DNA of 61,764 bases, filler included, from Sluysia triapertura (Eukaryota): the NCBI GenBank assembly GCA_046118255.1. It is 5 parts of 5 records of this genome, joined end to end, with 100 filler letters (N's around TTAATTAATTAA, not from the genome) between each part and the next. Parts side by side here need not be neighbours in the genome. Positions count along the whole stretch, not along the records: positions 11,112 to 22,177 come from JBJNIA010189430.1; positions 22,278 to 35,316 come from JBJNIA010064081.1; 3 more parts are not named here. One strand, written 5' to 3'. Of the stretch, positions 13,059 to 26,790 are shown piece after piece (within the stretch, counting starts at the first letter, position 1; each line of letters opens with the position of its first letter). The notes beneath the pieces were generated by a model that saw nothing but the letters and a program-made list of their open reading frames with translations, did no database searches and had not been told where the DNA came from. A program made the translations under genes and the position numbers.

Positions 13059-16000
13059 CTCTAGCATTTCTGATAGTTTCACAACAAAAGCTTTAAAATC
13101 CGAAAAGAAAGAAATATCTCAATAAATGAATTTAACCTTAAAAAATAATCAAATATAAAATATAAATATTATAAAATAGGACTTCACTAAACTTAGCGAG
13201 TTTAAAAGTTACGGACTAAACAAAGGCAGTATAGGGTTATCAAAAAACAAATATTAACAAAAACATACAAATACTATCAGACCCAAGCTAAAATACATTA
13301 AATACATTTAAAAAATTATGGTTAAACTAATTTTGTAGAAAAAATTAACTAATATACAAAACACCTAAATTAAAACCATTTATGTAGAAAGAAATTAGCC
13401 ATATAATTGAAAACACTCTTTGGAGAAAATTTATAGAAATTCAAAAAAATTTTGACCATAATATAATATAATTGATAAAATTACCAAACAAAACAGTAAT
13501 AACATTCAATATGTATAAATACACATTATACATATTTTAGAATTTTATAATCTCGAATTTGATGACTTACTGATCTGTGAATTGATTAAGTTCGAATTTC
13601 GAATATTATCGATATAAAATAATAAGTACAAGAACCAAATAAATAAAATAAAGTTTCCAACTCTATAATTACATGTGATTTCTTATATTCTGTATTTGAT
13701 TGTGCATTAGATTTTATTAGATTTACTAATAAATCTTAGTAAATTAAGTGTTTGGTTTATTGCCTCAATTTAAAATAATTGTTAATTTGAAACTGAATAT
13801 CCGTCTCTATCATCAGAAACGAGTTAGTTACCTATATAATTTTAAAACATAAATATTAAAGTTAAATTTATAAAAAAATATTTATAGATACACTATTATT
13901 ATTAAATATCACATGTCTTTAAATATGAACACATCAAAAGTGTTAATTATTCGATTAAATTGTATTAATGTTTATTTCGGTTTATAGGCCATGAGCTTGT
14001 ATTTAATTTTTACATTTCTCTTATTCTTGTATTTAAAAAAATTAACTTGTATTTTTATTTTGTTTATATTTGTCAATAATCAATGATTCTATTCTCTTTA
14101 AAATTATTCGTAAAATTAATAAAAATCTAAACCTTAACGAGAAAACTCAAATAATATTGACTTTAAGTTACCGTTATAATATCGTGAACTCGACTCTGGT
14201 ATTTAAGATTAGTTCAACACTCTTTCTAAATAAAGTAAATCGATGCTACGCAAAACAAAAAAATTTATATTTAAATCTCAATCACAGAATTATTCCATAA
14301 ATTTTATAAAATATTTTAATAATTACATCTGGAAATAAAATTGCCTATATTCTAACAAATTTGTGTTTAATAATTTGTTTAAATCTCAAAAATATGTTCA
14401 GCAAGTTATGGAATATAAACTTATACCAGCGATAAAATTATACTTGCATTGTACTTTCTCTTTCCATGCTATTTATATTGTATTTTCGCGCTCCTAATTA
14501 ATATGGCCAATGAATTTTCAATTTCTATCACACAAAGTATAATTTAACTTTATACTTGGATTTTCGTTTTATAGTTATTATATCTAAGTTAATATCTCAT
14601 ATATGATGATTATTCACATTCTACAGTATAGTTCTTTCATTCTATCATATCCGCCTTATCAATTAGTATTCATTTTTAACAGGTTTTCATCTTTTATTAG
14701 CGTTTGTCTTCAATCTGTCATTTCGTTTGCTAATTAAGTGTGATCGATTACTGGTTTTTTCTTCACATTTATTTTCATTTTCTAATTTTTATTTCGTTAT
14801 TTAGAGGTATTTCTTATCGTCTTTTGATAATATTTAAGTTTGCTTGTCATTTTCAGAAAAGCTTTATTTTTCTTCGACTTTTTATGTATTTTCGAAGTAT
14901 ATATTTTCAAATTATATATATGCAAAGTATGTATAGTATAATTTTTTATTTTATTTAATGCATTTTTTAAATTTATTTCGAAATTTTATATTATTTTATA
15001 AATATTATTCACAATTTTATAAAATCTAATTTGTATAAAATAAAAATTATGATTAAAACATGAGTTATTTTATTCAAAATTAGATGCTCAGACATCTTAT
15101 AGTTAGAAAATAAAAACCCGACTAAAATCATAATTGGTCCTAACAAGCCTGACATAATATTAAAACTTTTTCATTCTTTAAGTATTAATTATTAAACAAA
15201 TTTATCACTATTTACTGAAATCATATAGTAGCAGTCTTCATTTGACTGCTAACTTAATTGTATTGGAAATATTTTCAATTTCATATTTGATAATTATCAT
15301 TATTACTTATCTGAAAAAAATATCCATCTCTAACAACAGAAACGAATATTAACTCAATCTCCAAGATAAATTTATAATAAGTCAAGAGAATGGTTTTTAA
15401 CTGACATAAAGAATTCATCGGCAAACAAAATAAATAAAAATATAAATAACATTTAAAATTTAAAATCATATCTAATAAATTATTTTTACAGAAAAAATAA
15501 AACATTTCTTCAAAGGAGCAAAAAAATATAAATTAATGTAAATCTAGTGAATATTTGCTTTGTATTTTCAGACTGAATATTTGAATTTTATAAAATGTAA
15601 AAATCCATTACAAGCTCGGTTAGCTTATTTTGCATAAATGGCATATTCGAGAAATTGACACCACATAAAATAAAAGACAAAAAGCAAAAATATATGTTAA
15701 TAAACAGTCTTACTATTAGACGTAACGTTTTGGTATCTAGTAGCTGTAAAATAATTTATCAGATAAATTATTTCATTATACATAATCTATAATAACTTAC
15801 TTGAACTGCATCTTCAATATTTATTGCATCTGAATATTTTTTATGTACGTTTCTAGAATAATAATAATAATGATAATGATAATAATAATAAAAATAATAA
15901 TATAATTATATAATAACAATAACATAATTTTTATATAATAATATCAGTCTATTAAAATTTTAACATATGTAATTCGAAACCAAAATATCGGTTGTAACCG

Positions 16001-17899
16001 AAATAATTGAAACAATAATAAATCGATTATTTGTTAATAAACTTACAGTTGGAAATATCAAAAAAAGAATTAAGAAATAAAAATTTGCATATTATTGCTA
16101 TTATTGATATTATTGTTTCGTTTCTTTCTTTTCGTTCACGTTACTTATATTGTTCATATTTTTAACATTGATTTATTATATGCACTCATTTTATTGTAAA
16201 TTATCTTTTTTAAGTTATGATTGCATTAAAAAAATTCCAAAAGGTAAATTTCGAGAAATCCGGATTCTCGAACAGATTGCATTGTTATAAAATCGTCAAA
16301 TCTGAAATTTCAGAGAAAACAAATATTTTTGTAATGACTGAATAAAATATTAGAGCTAATATTCAAAAATTGTATAAGATACAAAGCGATCGTGAAACAC
16401 GCCCAAGGGCGTCATCTATTCAATTTGTGATGAATAATATCAAATTTCAGTTTTCATTGTATAAGTTTGCTTATCCAAAGTATATCAACATTTGAAAAAT
16501 TGTTTTAAAGTTTATATGCATTTAATAATAATTTTTGTATTGCTTTCGTATATTAAATAATAAAATTATCTGGTTTTTTAAAAATTTTTCTTGGATTCAG
16601 AACATGAGACATATGTGATGTGATGTAAAATTTTTATTGAGTCGAAATTCCTAAAGCATATTACTCGCTTCTTATTATTTGTGCCTAAAACTTTCCGTAT
16701 AAATGTCCTTATAATACTTTTTATTTTTCCTGATCACGGTTGTATATACTAGCACATGATATTGTTTTAATTTTAATTTTTAATTGTGACTAAAGATTTG
16801 TCTATATTAGTTCTAGATGCACCATCGCTTTTGAGTATCAATTTAAGCTAATAAATAGAAAAGTTATGTTTAAAAAACATCCGGAAGCATTTGTCGAAAA
16901 ATATGTGGTAAATTTTGCTAGATACAAGAGTAAATTTACTTGAAAACCTAAAAATATTTCAAGTTAACACTGCCGAGTTAATTAACCGCAAGATTTTCAC
17001 GATGTCATGACACTCATTCGGATACTACAATCATTTCATTTGTATTAATCAATGGTTGAGACAACCATGGGAAAATGGTTAAGAGTGACTCAAAGTAATA
17101 AAGGCAATTCTAGACATAATAAAAATACTACTTATATGTACAATACTACAATATGTAATATAATATAAAAAAATAACTCACTTTAAAGTAAGAATCAATT
17201 GTTTTCCAAAATTTCTGGTTTTATAAACTTTAGGAAATATACTAATAATTGTTTCCATTTGCTTGCTACGGCTTGTGAATATATTCGTATGTAATGAAGT
17301 TTTACTTGAAATACTTTCTTCTCTACTTAACTATGAATAGAATTGAAAATAAAATTGCAATCCATGATAAAGTAATTAAGTTAAATTTTGAACTTTCAAA
17401 CAAATAAATAATAATATGAAAATAAGTTTTTTATCATACTAAAAATTAACATACATGTAAAATTAAATTTGCTATTAGTAAACAGGTATAATTATATGAA
17501 ACGTAGTGCACACAGTAAATAGATGAATCTAGTACACAGAATGAGTTAATCTAAATCTTGATTTTGATTAATGATTTAATATTTAACGGATTTATTTTGA
17601 AATTTAATCAATTAACTATATTTGATTTAAAAAACAATTTTACAAAACTGCACAAGTTCCTAAAGCTAATATCTAATTTCAACAAAGTTTAAATATTAAT
17701 ATAACATAATTATGTAAATAGCTCACAGTGTGAAGATGAACATTTAAAAAAAACTTGAATATCAAAAGCGCTCCAGTTCAATTTTTATCGTTCAATTTTA
17801 ACCAATTATCAGTAATAAAACGCTTATAGATTCTGAAATTCTATTCTGACATTAATTCAATAAATTGATCATTTTTTTAATTTTTCAAGGAATAACTTT

Positions 17900-18260
17900 C
17901 TGTATTGTACATACTTTCCTAACAATAAACTTTCAGTCGAACCTAAAAAGCTACGCATCCATTAAATCATTTGACGGTGTCTTTTTTTGTACAATTATCA
18001 GATTGAAGATATTCAATAGTTAATTCTCTGAATGTTGATATAAAAGACTTAAGCCTATGAGAGTCGACCGGTTGTAATAATGCGGTAAAACTTTCAAAAA
18101 TCACACACAAAGTATTTTTCTTCTTAAATAAATGCTGATATTTTACTGAAATCAACAACTACTTTACTTTTAATTTCTTTGTATACTGAATTCCTTTTAC
18201 AATTCGACTTTTTCGTAGTCTTTCAGTTGTGTCTTACCTTTTAAGAAGCAAAAATATATT
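17900..18260 (-). mobile_element. pogo/Tigger-like (DDE_1) transposase remnant
   Basis: LCVIFESFTALLQPVDSHRLKSF resembles the pogo motif L.VIP.G.T.LLQPLD....K.F. An upstream LKGKT resembles IFKGK. Confidence 0.6.
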
Positions 18261-18386
18261 ACGATATTTTAAATGCATTAAAAACTTTACTCAAAACGTT
18301 GTATATCGTTATAAAATCCATCTGGAAAAACATGATATACCTATTTGTATAAAGTAATTTTCAATAAACATTTCACATAATTATAA

Positions 18387-18606
18387 CCTTTTAAGGTCGA
18401 TAGACGTACATGTGTTTTTAAATTACGGCAACATCATCAAGCAGTCAAAATCTTGAATATTTTGATAATTCTGAATCAGAAAGTGATTCAGAAACCGATA
18501 TATGGATTCATCGGTCGAAGAAACATTGTCTACAGGGAGCGGAAAAAATATGTAATTAGAGAAGTTTTAACAATTTATTAACGAAAAAATAGCCATCCTC
18601 AAAGGG
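18387..18606 (+). mobile_element. internally deleted piggyBac-like element, 220 bp
   Basis: Ends ataa|CCTTTTAAGG ... CCTCAAAGGG|ttaa form an imperfect TIR with a TTAA-type target. The interior encodes acidic DNSESESDSETD, typical of piggyBac transposase N-termini. Confidence 0.6.
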
Positions 18607-21600
18607 TTAATGTTTATAAATATAGATGAATTTGCTGCTACTCTAGTTATTACATCTTATAGCGAGACAGCATTTTAAATTTTAATATCTAAACAAATCA
18701 TCATATTAACATATTTTCAAAAACTTTACATATTAGGTAGAAGTTGGTTTTTAAAATTTATTTAAGAATACGTTAATAAAGTTTCAGTGCCGAAAATTTT
18801 AAATAGCAAGCTCACTGAATGTTTCGCATTCTGGCCATCCTATTCCCAATAACCAAACGCTAGAGCCGCATATTTCTAATGATTAAATAGTTTATGTTGA
18901 TATTTGAAAAATTGGAAATGGTGACTTAATTGTAATTTTGTTAACCTTGATGCTACTATCCACATGTAGATGGAAAACATTTGAACAAATAATATGAAAG
19001 CAGTGATAATTTGTTGGAGTCATCTGGCAGAATTTTTGTGGCACAAAAACATTCATAATCGAAACTTGTCATTATTAAAAACGCGTTTGAACCTATGTCC
19101 AATGTAATGTACGCCAAATGTAAGGATGTTAAGTGATCATCTTATTTTTGGTTATTTATTTTAAAAAATGCTGATTGCTTTACTAAAATTAATAAAAAAA
19201 TAATCTGAAGAGAAATTCAAGAATAAAAACTATTTCTAAACAAATATTAAATTAAAATATTTTTTCATTAAATTTTTTCTAATTTCCTAAGCAGCCTATA
19301 CTTCATTAGATTAATAGTTATTAAATTAACAATAATTCACAGCTCAATATTTGTGATAAAAGCATGTAAAAGCTGCACATGTTAAATTTATCAAAATTCT
19401 GTTGCTAATAAATAAGCATGTTATTCACAAAAATATTTAAATGTGCATAAGCCATTAAAGTATTAAAATGGTTTTATACTTTCCCATCATTTCCAATAAT
19501 TGAAAATCCAAATTATTCAAATAATTTCAATAAAAAATTAATTCTACTTAAAACTAAAGTTAACATTTTATTGAATTTTTACGAAAATGAATTATTTAAT
19601 TTTCAATATTTCAACTATCTCATACTATTAATGTAATTGGATTATACTTTATATATGAAATACCTCATTTAACATTTTAATAATCTTTAAAAGGAATGTT
19701 TTAAAATTAGATTATAACTAAATCGAAGTATTAAAAAATAGCATTCTGAATATAAAATTTTAATGTCACTTGAAAAAACAACCAAAAGATTTTAAATTCA
19801 AAACTAAACTTCATTTATTGTTTGTAAGTCACTATATTGAAAATTTACACGTTTTTATTACGTAAAAAAAGGAAAATTTAAATACGATGTCCTATTTCAA
19901 AAATGTTTAAAAATTTACTTTATTAAATGTAATTATTTACATTATTTTATATTTTCACATTAATCATTTTATACCATTAAATAAAAAATTAAACACTTTA
20001 TCTTAAGTAACTTTAAAGTATTATAAAAGTAAGCAATACAATTTATTAACATACTTTACTAATATTGGAACTAGATAAGGACATACACTCTGAAACATAC
20101 GATAATTTCTGGCTACTGTAAGCAGTATTACTTCCTCTGCCTTTAAAATCTGAATGAGTTAATTCCATTGGAATTTAAAACGATAAAAAAAACAAGTAAT
20201 ATAATTTCTTCTATTACAAGTGATTTTAATTTAAATTACTTTTTAAAATTTTCAATTTAAGAATTTCATAAATAAATTAAAAAATAAGTATAAAATAAAA
20301 TTATTTCTGTCGTTTTAGATATATGTATTACGAATATAGTTGTAATTAAGTTTGTACTATATTTATTTAAAAATAATTCATTTCTATGTTATAAAACACC
20401 AAAAATAATTTAATTTTTTATATTTCTACTGAATATAATGGTATTATTAGAATAAAACAAAATTTTCTACCTAAAATTAAAAGTATTGTATATAATTTCC
20501 GACTTAAATAAAGTGAAATTATAAATAAACCTGAGAAGTAAATAAATATAAAGTACTGTTGCGTCATTAAAAGTTATAAATCTTTTCAGTCAAATAAAAT
20601 TCATTCTACACCAATCTTAAATTCCAAACTTCATAAATCAGAACAAGATTCAAATTCATCTATATGAAATGCAATATTATAATTAAACAGCTAAAATAAG
20701 CAATCTCAATATATCTTGCAATTAACAATAAATCTTCATAATAATCTAACATTCAGAACAGCTAAAATATATATAAATTGTTATCAATATAAATTAACAC
20801 TGGATCGAGAATAATGTATTAATTTTTAATTTTATAATAGTTTTACTCAATCTCAGTTTAATATAATTTTGACTCATATTACAATGATCTTTATGTTCTT
20901 AAATTTTAATTTTATATTGTCTTTATAGAATCTCATTTTAAAATGATTATTTATTTTATTTTAATCTAAAATTAAGTGTTATTTGCTGTTAAATTATGAA
21001 TTTATATTGACTCTATTAAATCTCATTTTAAATTAATGAAAAGCATTATAATCTTAATGAAAATGATTTTAATTTTACTTTAAAAGTAATTCTTATTTTA
21101 AATGAAATATACATTAAATTAAAATTGAATAAATATTATGTTACATATATATAAAACCAAAATTTACTCAGCAAACAACTTACAGTCATAAAAATGGCAA
21201 TAAATAGTTTTTAAGAAATTAACGAAACATTAACGAAATATTGCCCTGCTATACTTAAGTTATTTTATTAAAAAAACAATTTAATATATTAATATAAAAT
21301 TACTAAATTTAAAAACTATTATTGTAGATAATAGCAATCATCATATTTAATTTGTATTTTTATTTGGCAAAGTTGGTATTAAATCGAGATATGACTATAT
21401 TTAGAAAATGATTTTTTGAGATAAAATCATTTTTAATGAACTGATCAATTTATGTTTATCTTTCAAAATCCACTTGGTTTTATACCTCGATCGTAAAGAA
21501 AATATGAAATAAAGGTAAAATCCATAAAATGAATTTTAGAATAAGAAAAGGTGGAAATGTATATTAAAAATACAACAGTTAAATATTTCTAAATTGAATC

Positions 21601-22177
21601 TTTTGCTTTTTTTTACCTTTTCTACTATAATATTTAGCATTCAATTTAACAAGTTTCGAATAAGAATACAGTACTATTGAGATCATTCATTAGCTGGAAC
21701 TTTGATTTTGAATTTTGTTTGGAATTACATTATTTTTCTATTAAAATTTCAATACAGCATTACAATAATCGTCCTTTCATAACTTCAGATATCAAGTGTG
21801 AACGTATTATTCTTTTTATTATTAACAATGATCTTTATTGGCTTGACACATAAATATAAATTATCATTTTAACTATTAAAATTTGTTCGTAATCGAATTT
21901 CATGCTTCTCATTTAATTCGAACTAGCCTTATACGCGTAATTTTAAACTTTTCTATATTTTTTGAAAATTCACTTTTGTTTTTTTACTTTAACATTAAAC
22001 TTTTATCGGTTAATTTATAAATAATCCTTAAATATCTTGGTGGTAAGGTTCAATTCTTTTGAAAGTGAATACGTTTATAGATTTAAAATGGCAACTCAAA
22101 ATATATTTGATAACAATAATATGTAACAATGATAAAGAAAGCACATGTAATTTCCTGTCATTTTTATTTCGTTATTT

Positions 22178-22277
22178 NNNNNNNNNNNNNNNNNNNNNNN
22201 NNNNNNNNNNNNNNNNNNNNNTTAATTAATTAANNNNNNNNNNNNNNNNNNNNNNNNNNNNNNNNNNNNNNNNNNNN
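22178..22277. other. artificial scaffold spacer
   Basis: 44 N + TTAATTAATTAA + 44 N. Confidence 0.97.
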
Positions 22278-23177
22278 AAATAATTCTTTGATAAATGATT
22301 TATGAAACCAAATAAAATTTTAACTTTTATTAATTTTATTATTTACAAATATATTTACATTTTTTAATTTAATTTTACAGATTAATAGAAAATAATTTAT
22401 GAAAATATACTAATTTTATTATTTACAAATTGAAAATATCCTAATATTATTATTTACAATTATAATTTAATATTGGTTAAAAAACTTTAATTTTTATTTG
22501 AATTTTTTATTCTATCTGTTAGCTAGTTTTATATCATAATACATTATTCGCATGTATAATTTTTATGTAATTCTATCTGTTAGCCAGTTTTTTAACAATG
22601 CATTATTCGAACATTTTAATTTTTAACACGATTTTTACAAATAAACTTTTGTTTAATAACATTTTGTTTTATTATAAGCAATTATACTAACAATTTTATT
22701 ATAGACCCTTTGATATTTTTTGATTTTATTATAATTAATTATACTATCAATAATCTATTGTGTAATAATTTGTGATTAATAAAATTACTAAAAATTATTT
22801 GTTATAATATTTGTAAGTAATTATTCAAAACTACTGAATATATTTACCTCCAGCTTTAACATCTCAACGCTGCAAGTCAATGTTCTGACCCTCAGTGAGT
22901 AAGTCCAGTATCATAGAAAACTTATGTTTAGGATAAGACATTAAATCTTAATATCATAACAAATTTTGAGAGCTCTTATATATATTCACGGTGGAATGGT
23001 GTCAAAAAACTTAAGTATTATTCTATGGCACAGCAATCCTGACCTATTCAGTATAGTTGATGCGGTTGAAACATATGATATAAAATAATGTTTTACGAAT
23101 AATTTTAGAAATAAATTAAGGATTTGAACATGTAGTTTTGGAGCTTTGGTTCTCTTTGAGGGCTTATAAATATTGTT

Positions 23178-24089
23178 TTAAAGTTCTACGTTTAAATTCT
23201 TTATAAGATGAATATGTTTAAGTAAAGAACTTGTAAGAGAATTGCATACTTTAAGGTTCAGTTTGTGTTTATGTAGGATGACTATAGTTGCAGAAAAGAT
23301 TGGAGTGAAAGCAGTAGATTCTTCTATAAATTTAATTAAGTACTTGGACTCCTTAAGTTTTGAGATTTTATAAACTTTGTTAATTACATCTTTGATATCA
23401 AGTAATTTTGATGATACAATAAAATTCAATTCGAACACTATTACAATATTTCTCAACAATTTTGATAATTTAATATTAAGAGAATAATTTAACAACATAC
23501 AAAAACTATAACTAAATTTTATTATATAACTAAAAAGAAGAATTGTAATTATACGTTTTAAAAATATCTCGATAACAATTCTCATGTCTATATTTCTGGT
23601 TTGACTTCTCCATCGTTCCATCCGTTGCATTTCTGAAATCTGGCACAATGGTTTGTTGTCTGAATGAAAGTCATAAAATTATAAACTTAAAACTAAGTAA
23701 AACAAACTTAATGCAAAATAAATCGGCAAATTTGATGACTAGAATTACAATTTTACTAAATAACTTTAAATCGCCAAGATTACTTAACAAAGTAGGATTC
23801 ATGAGGAATGAAACATGACATAATATCTTGAATTGGTAAACATCGTTCGTTGATCGCGTAATCTTTATAGTTTCTTTTAACCAAATTTTTAGTCGTAAGT
23901 GCTTATGTAGTACTAACAGCGTATTTTTATCAATTAGAATAGTCTTTTTCGTAAACGTTGCAACTAAATTATCATATTCTTTTCTATGAAAGAAAATCAT
24001 GCATGTTCTGTCGACAGTAACATACCTTTCTAAAGCATCTATATTTAATTCGGACTTTTCATTTGTTTTTAGGCCGTTATCTGGGTTCG
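23178..24089 (-). other. unidentified coding-like sequence continuing in frame from, and then downstream of, the KDM1B fragment
   Basis: About 140 codons continue in the 23671-24594 ORF with no amine-oxidase GxGxxG motif, followed by a 156-aa partly hydrophobic ORF. No family was recognised. Confidence 0.35.
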
Positions 24090-24907
24090 AAATTAGAATC
24101 TTAGGATCAGATACACATAGAATTAACATAAGATTTCGAATAACAAGACATAAATATTTCTGATTAGTTTTAAATTCTGGGAACATACTTATTTCGCATC
24201 TATCCATAACCATAGGATTAATAGCTCCTGCAACACAATTAATGTATGACATCTGTTTGAAAGGATGAAAATTTCGAAGAAATTCTTTACAAATCGCAGG
24301 TAAAGAAAATTCTACTGCAGTTGAAGTTGGATCTATTCCAACAATATTTAAAGCTGAATTATTGAAACATTCTAAATTAATTGAAGATTCTAATAGCGCT
24401 TCATAAACTAAAGAAAACAAAAATTTTTCTGGATTTGATTTTATGTACTCAATTCTCTTATCTTCAACCACTTTACAAGGATCTTTGGTATGTTTCATTA
24501 TAAAACTAAATGAGAAGTTTTCTAATTCTGTAGGCATTATCTTTACTGACAGACTGACTTGTCTCCATTTTTGCACTGAACACATCGACACCAAATAGAC
24601 AACAATTTATTAGAAATGAAATCATTAACCTAACTGTAATCATATGACTTCGCAATCAATTCTCTTTTCCAATCCATTATCTCTTGACACTGTATGTCAT
24701 AATTCAAGGATGATGTTATTTTATCCCTACAAATATTACAAATATGTTTATCATTTATAAAGTGATACTATTTCGGATTTGAATCAGAACATTCTTTGAT
24801 AGTACGTAAGAAACACATTGGTAAGTTTGAACGACATTTGTTTTCACTACATTGTTCTACATAAGTTCTACACCTTTAAAATTGAAATTTTGTAGTAAAT
24901 TATCCAT
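24090..24907 (-). pseudogene. KDM1B: Lysine-specific demethylase 1B (LSD2/AOF1) N-terminal pseudogene: C4H2C2 finger, CW finger, partial SWIRM
   Basis: CSENKCRSNLPMCF...K*YHFINDKHICNICRD...WKREL...FISNKLLSIWCRCVQCK/KWRQ...DPCKVVEDKRI...VGIDPTST...FHPFKQ...FPEFKTNQKYLCLVIRNLML aligns with LSD2 CEKAGCTATCPVCF...RWYHLSCGEHFCNECFD...YWVQC..CRKWRQ...HCSLPEDLRV...VGMSPSCT...FQPFYQ...FPEYSRDPTMYLALRNLIL. It has two in-frame TAGs and two frameshifts. Confidence 0.9.
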
Positions 24908-25899
24908 GATAACATTAACTAAAAAATTTTTTAAATGTCTAGACAATTTTCTATAGTCTATTGAAATTTTTAATTGTAACTATTTTTGTCTGCCCAATCA
25001 GAGTGTTAAGTAATGAGGTGTACTCTGATTGGATGATATTTAGTAATGAATTAATATGGAGATAAACAATAACTGATGGCTGACCATCATCAGGGCTGAC
25101 AGCCTAATGTAAATGTGACAGACTGTCAACACTGGTGATGGCAGCAACCAGATTTGTCATCACATTAATGGTAATTTTTATTTTTGGTTATTTAATAAAA
25201 TTAGCAANNNNNNNNNNNNNNNNNNNNNNNNNNNNNNNNNNNNNNNNNNNNNNNNNNNNNNNNNNNNNNNNNNNNNNNNNNNNNNNNNNNNNNNNNNNNN
25301 NNNNNNNNNNNNNNNNNNNNNNNNNNNNNNNNNNNNNGTCTTGTTTAGAACTTATACACGATCTTTTTCTTTATATTTCTTTAATTTCTACATATGAATA
25401 AAAAGAAATAAAACTGATAAGATGTTGTGAAGGAAGAACGGCAACGAGGTAGGATACGTCTCAGTTGTCGTTGTTGCTTCTTGCTGAGATAATGAAATGT
25501 TTAAAGCTTGATTGTTTCTCTTTAAATGAAATAGAAATGAATTGAATAGTAATTGAAAGAAGAATGTTAGGAAAGGCTTATTGAAATTTATTAAAAGTTT
25601 GTAATTAAAATAAGGTTTGATCTTTGAATATGATGGTTTGAGATATTTAATGAAAGGTAAAATTTATTTTAGTTTTAAAAGACAATTACAAAATAAATCT
25701 TAATATATTATAATGTTATTACGGATAAATGTTAATGATGAATATGTGTATATGAAGTAGATTTAGCTTGATGGAGTTTGTTAAAGATATTAATGTAAAA
25801 GATTTATATTTCTGAGGTGCTTGTTAACGTAGTTGAATAGTGTTATTGTGTTATGATTTGAGTATTTTATATTGTGATTGTGGTTTGTTTGTTAGAATA

Positions 25900-26164
25900 T
25901 CTTATGAGTGAATGTTGTGAGTTATTCGAGATTAAATGTCGGCGTTTGTTGTGCTGTGGATGATTAAAATGTTAGTCGAATTGTTGATGTGTTCATTAAT
26001 GAGATATTATAAATATGAAATGTTCTTTACGGTGATTGTGTTGGTGTAATTCGATAGTAAAAAGTGTGATTGTTTTAGAAATTATATTTTAGTGAACTTT
26101 TTGAGTTATGAATGTTGTATGTGACGTTCTAACAAATTTTAGGTTGTGAGTGTTGGCCACTACA
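25900..26164 (-). repeat. C/A-skewed dispersed repeat starting TGTAGTGGCCAAC (possible LTR)
   Basis: Start shared with 52268(-) TGTGGTGGCCAAC and 6628(+). The left boundary is uncertain. Confidence 0.55.
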
Positions 26165-26539
26165 CGCTCATCATATCCCGACATTTAACTTGCAGACATC
26201 TTAAAACAATTTCATTTTTAGTATTTTAAGGAATTAGATCTAAATATGTTGAGAATAAACAAAGAAATCAAAAGCAAGATCATGTTAATTTTCAAAAAGA
26301 ATTTATGCATTAATAACAACAACAATAATAATAACATTGCTATTATTATTATCATTTTACTTCCATTATTTTAATTGTTAAATTTTTATGTTATTACAAA
26401 ACCAGTAATTAACACCATCAATGATGACACTATTAGTTACTACGTATAAATTCTCGTCATCATTGATAGTGGCTTGTCTAATAATTTCATTTATTTTGTG
26501 TTGCCAACATTCGTCCAACCAAAGAAATTATTTTCATTA

Positions 26540-26790
26540 TTTTTATACCTCTGGTTGGACAGCCAATCAAAATGATTTTTCATTAATTTTTATTGCCTTA
26601 ATTAGACAGCCAATGGTGGCAGTTCATCATTAGTCTTTTTATAGAAATGATAATAATGTGAGTACAGCCAATCCAGACAAATTACAAAAATACTTTTCAT
26701 TATTAAAAATATAATACTATTTAATAAACACAAGTGTGTAAATAGAAACACTGCCAACGTTGGTTGGTTACTGACAGTGGTAGTTACTAA
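26540..26790. repeat. CCAAT/ATTGG-rich dispersed repeat
   Basis: gttggacagccaat, gacagccaat, tacagccaat, ctgccaacg..tgacagt. The same motifs occur at 48490-48685, 24990-25135 and 8167-8180. Confidence 0.6.

Noticed and set aside
14070-15505. Short I/L/F/K/N-rich ORFs here and at 41337-41616, 53832-54216, 59484-60259
   Set aside because: Expected by chance in very AT-rich DNA, with no motifs or splice support.
18860-19140. Helitron Pif1 helicase remnant (KIGNGDL, CN.TR-like)
   Set aside because: Only two very short motifs in broken frames, too weak to list as a feature.
24600-24800. In-frame TAG/TAA in conserved genes as evidence of a reassigned genetic code
   Set aside because: RPS5 ends with TAA at the conserved terminus, and the intact exons contain no in-frame stops. 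One TAG aligns to a Trp (TGG>TAG) and co-occurs with frameshifts, which indicates decay.
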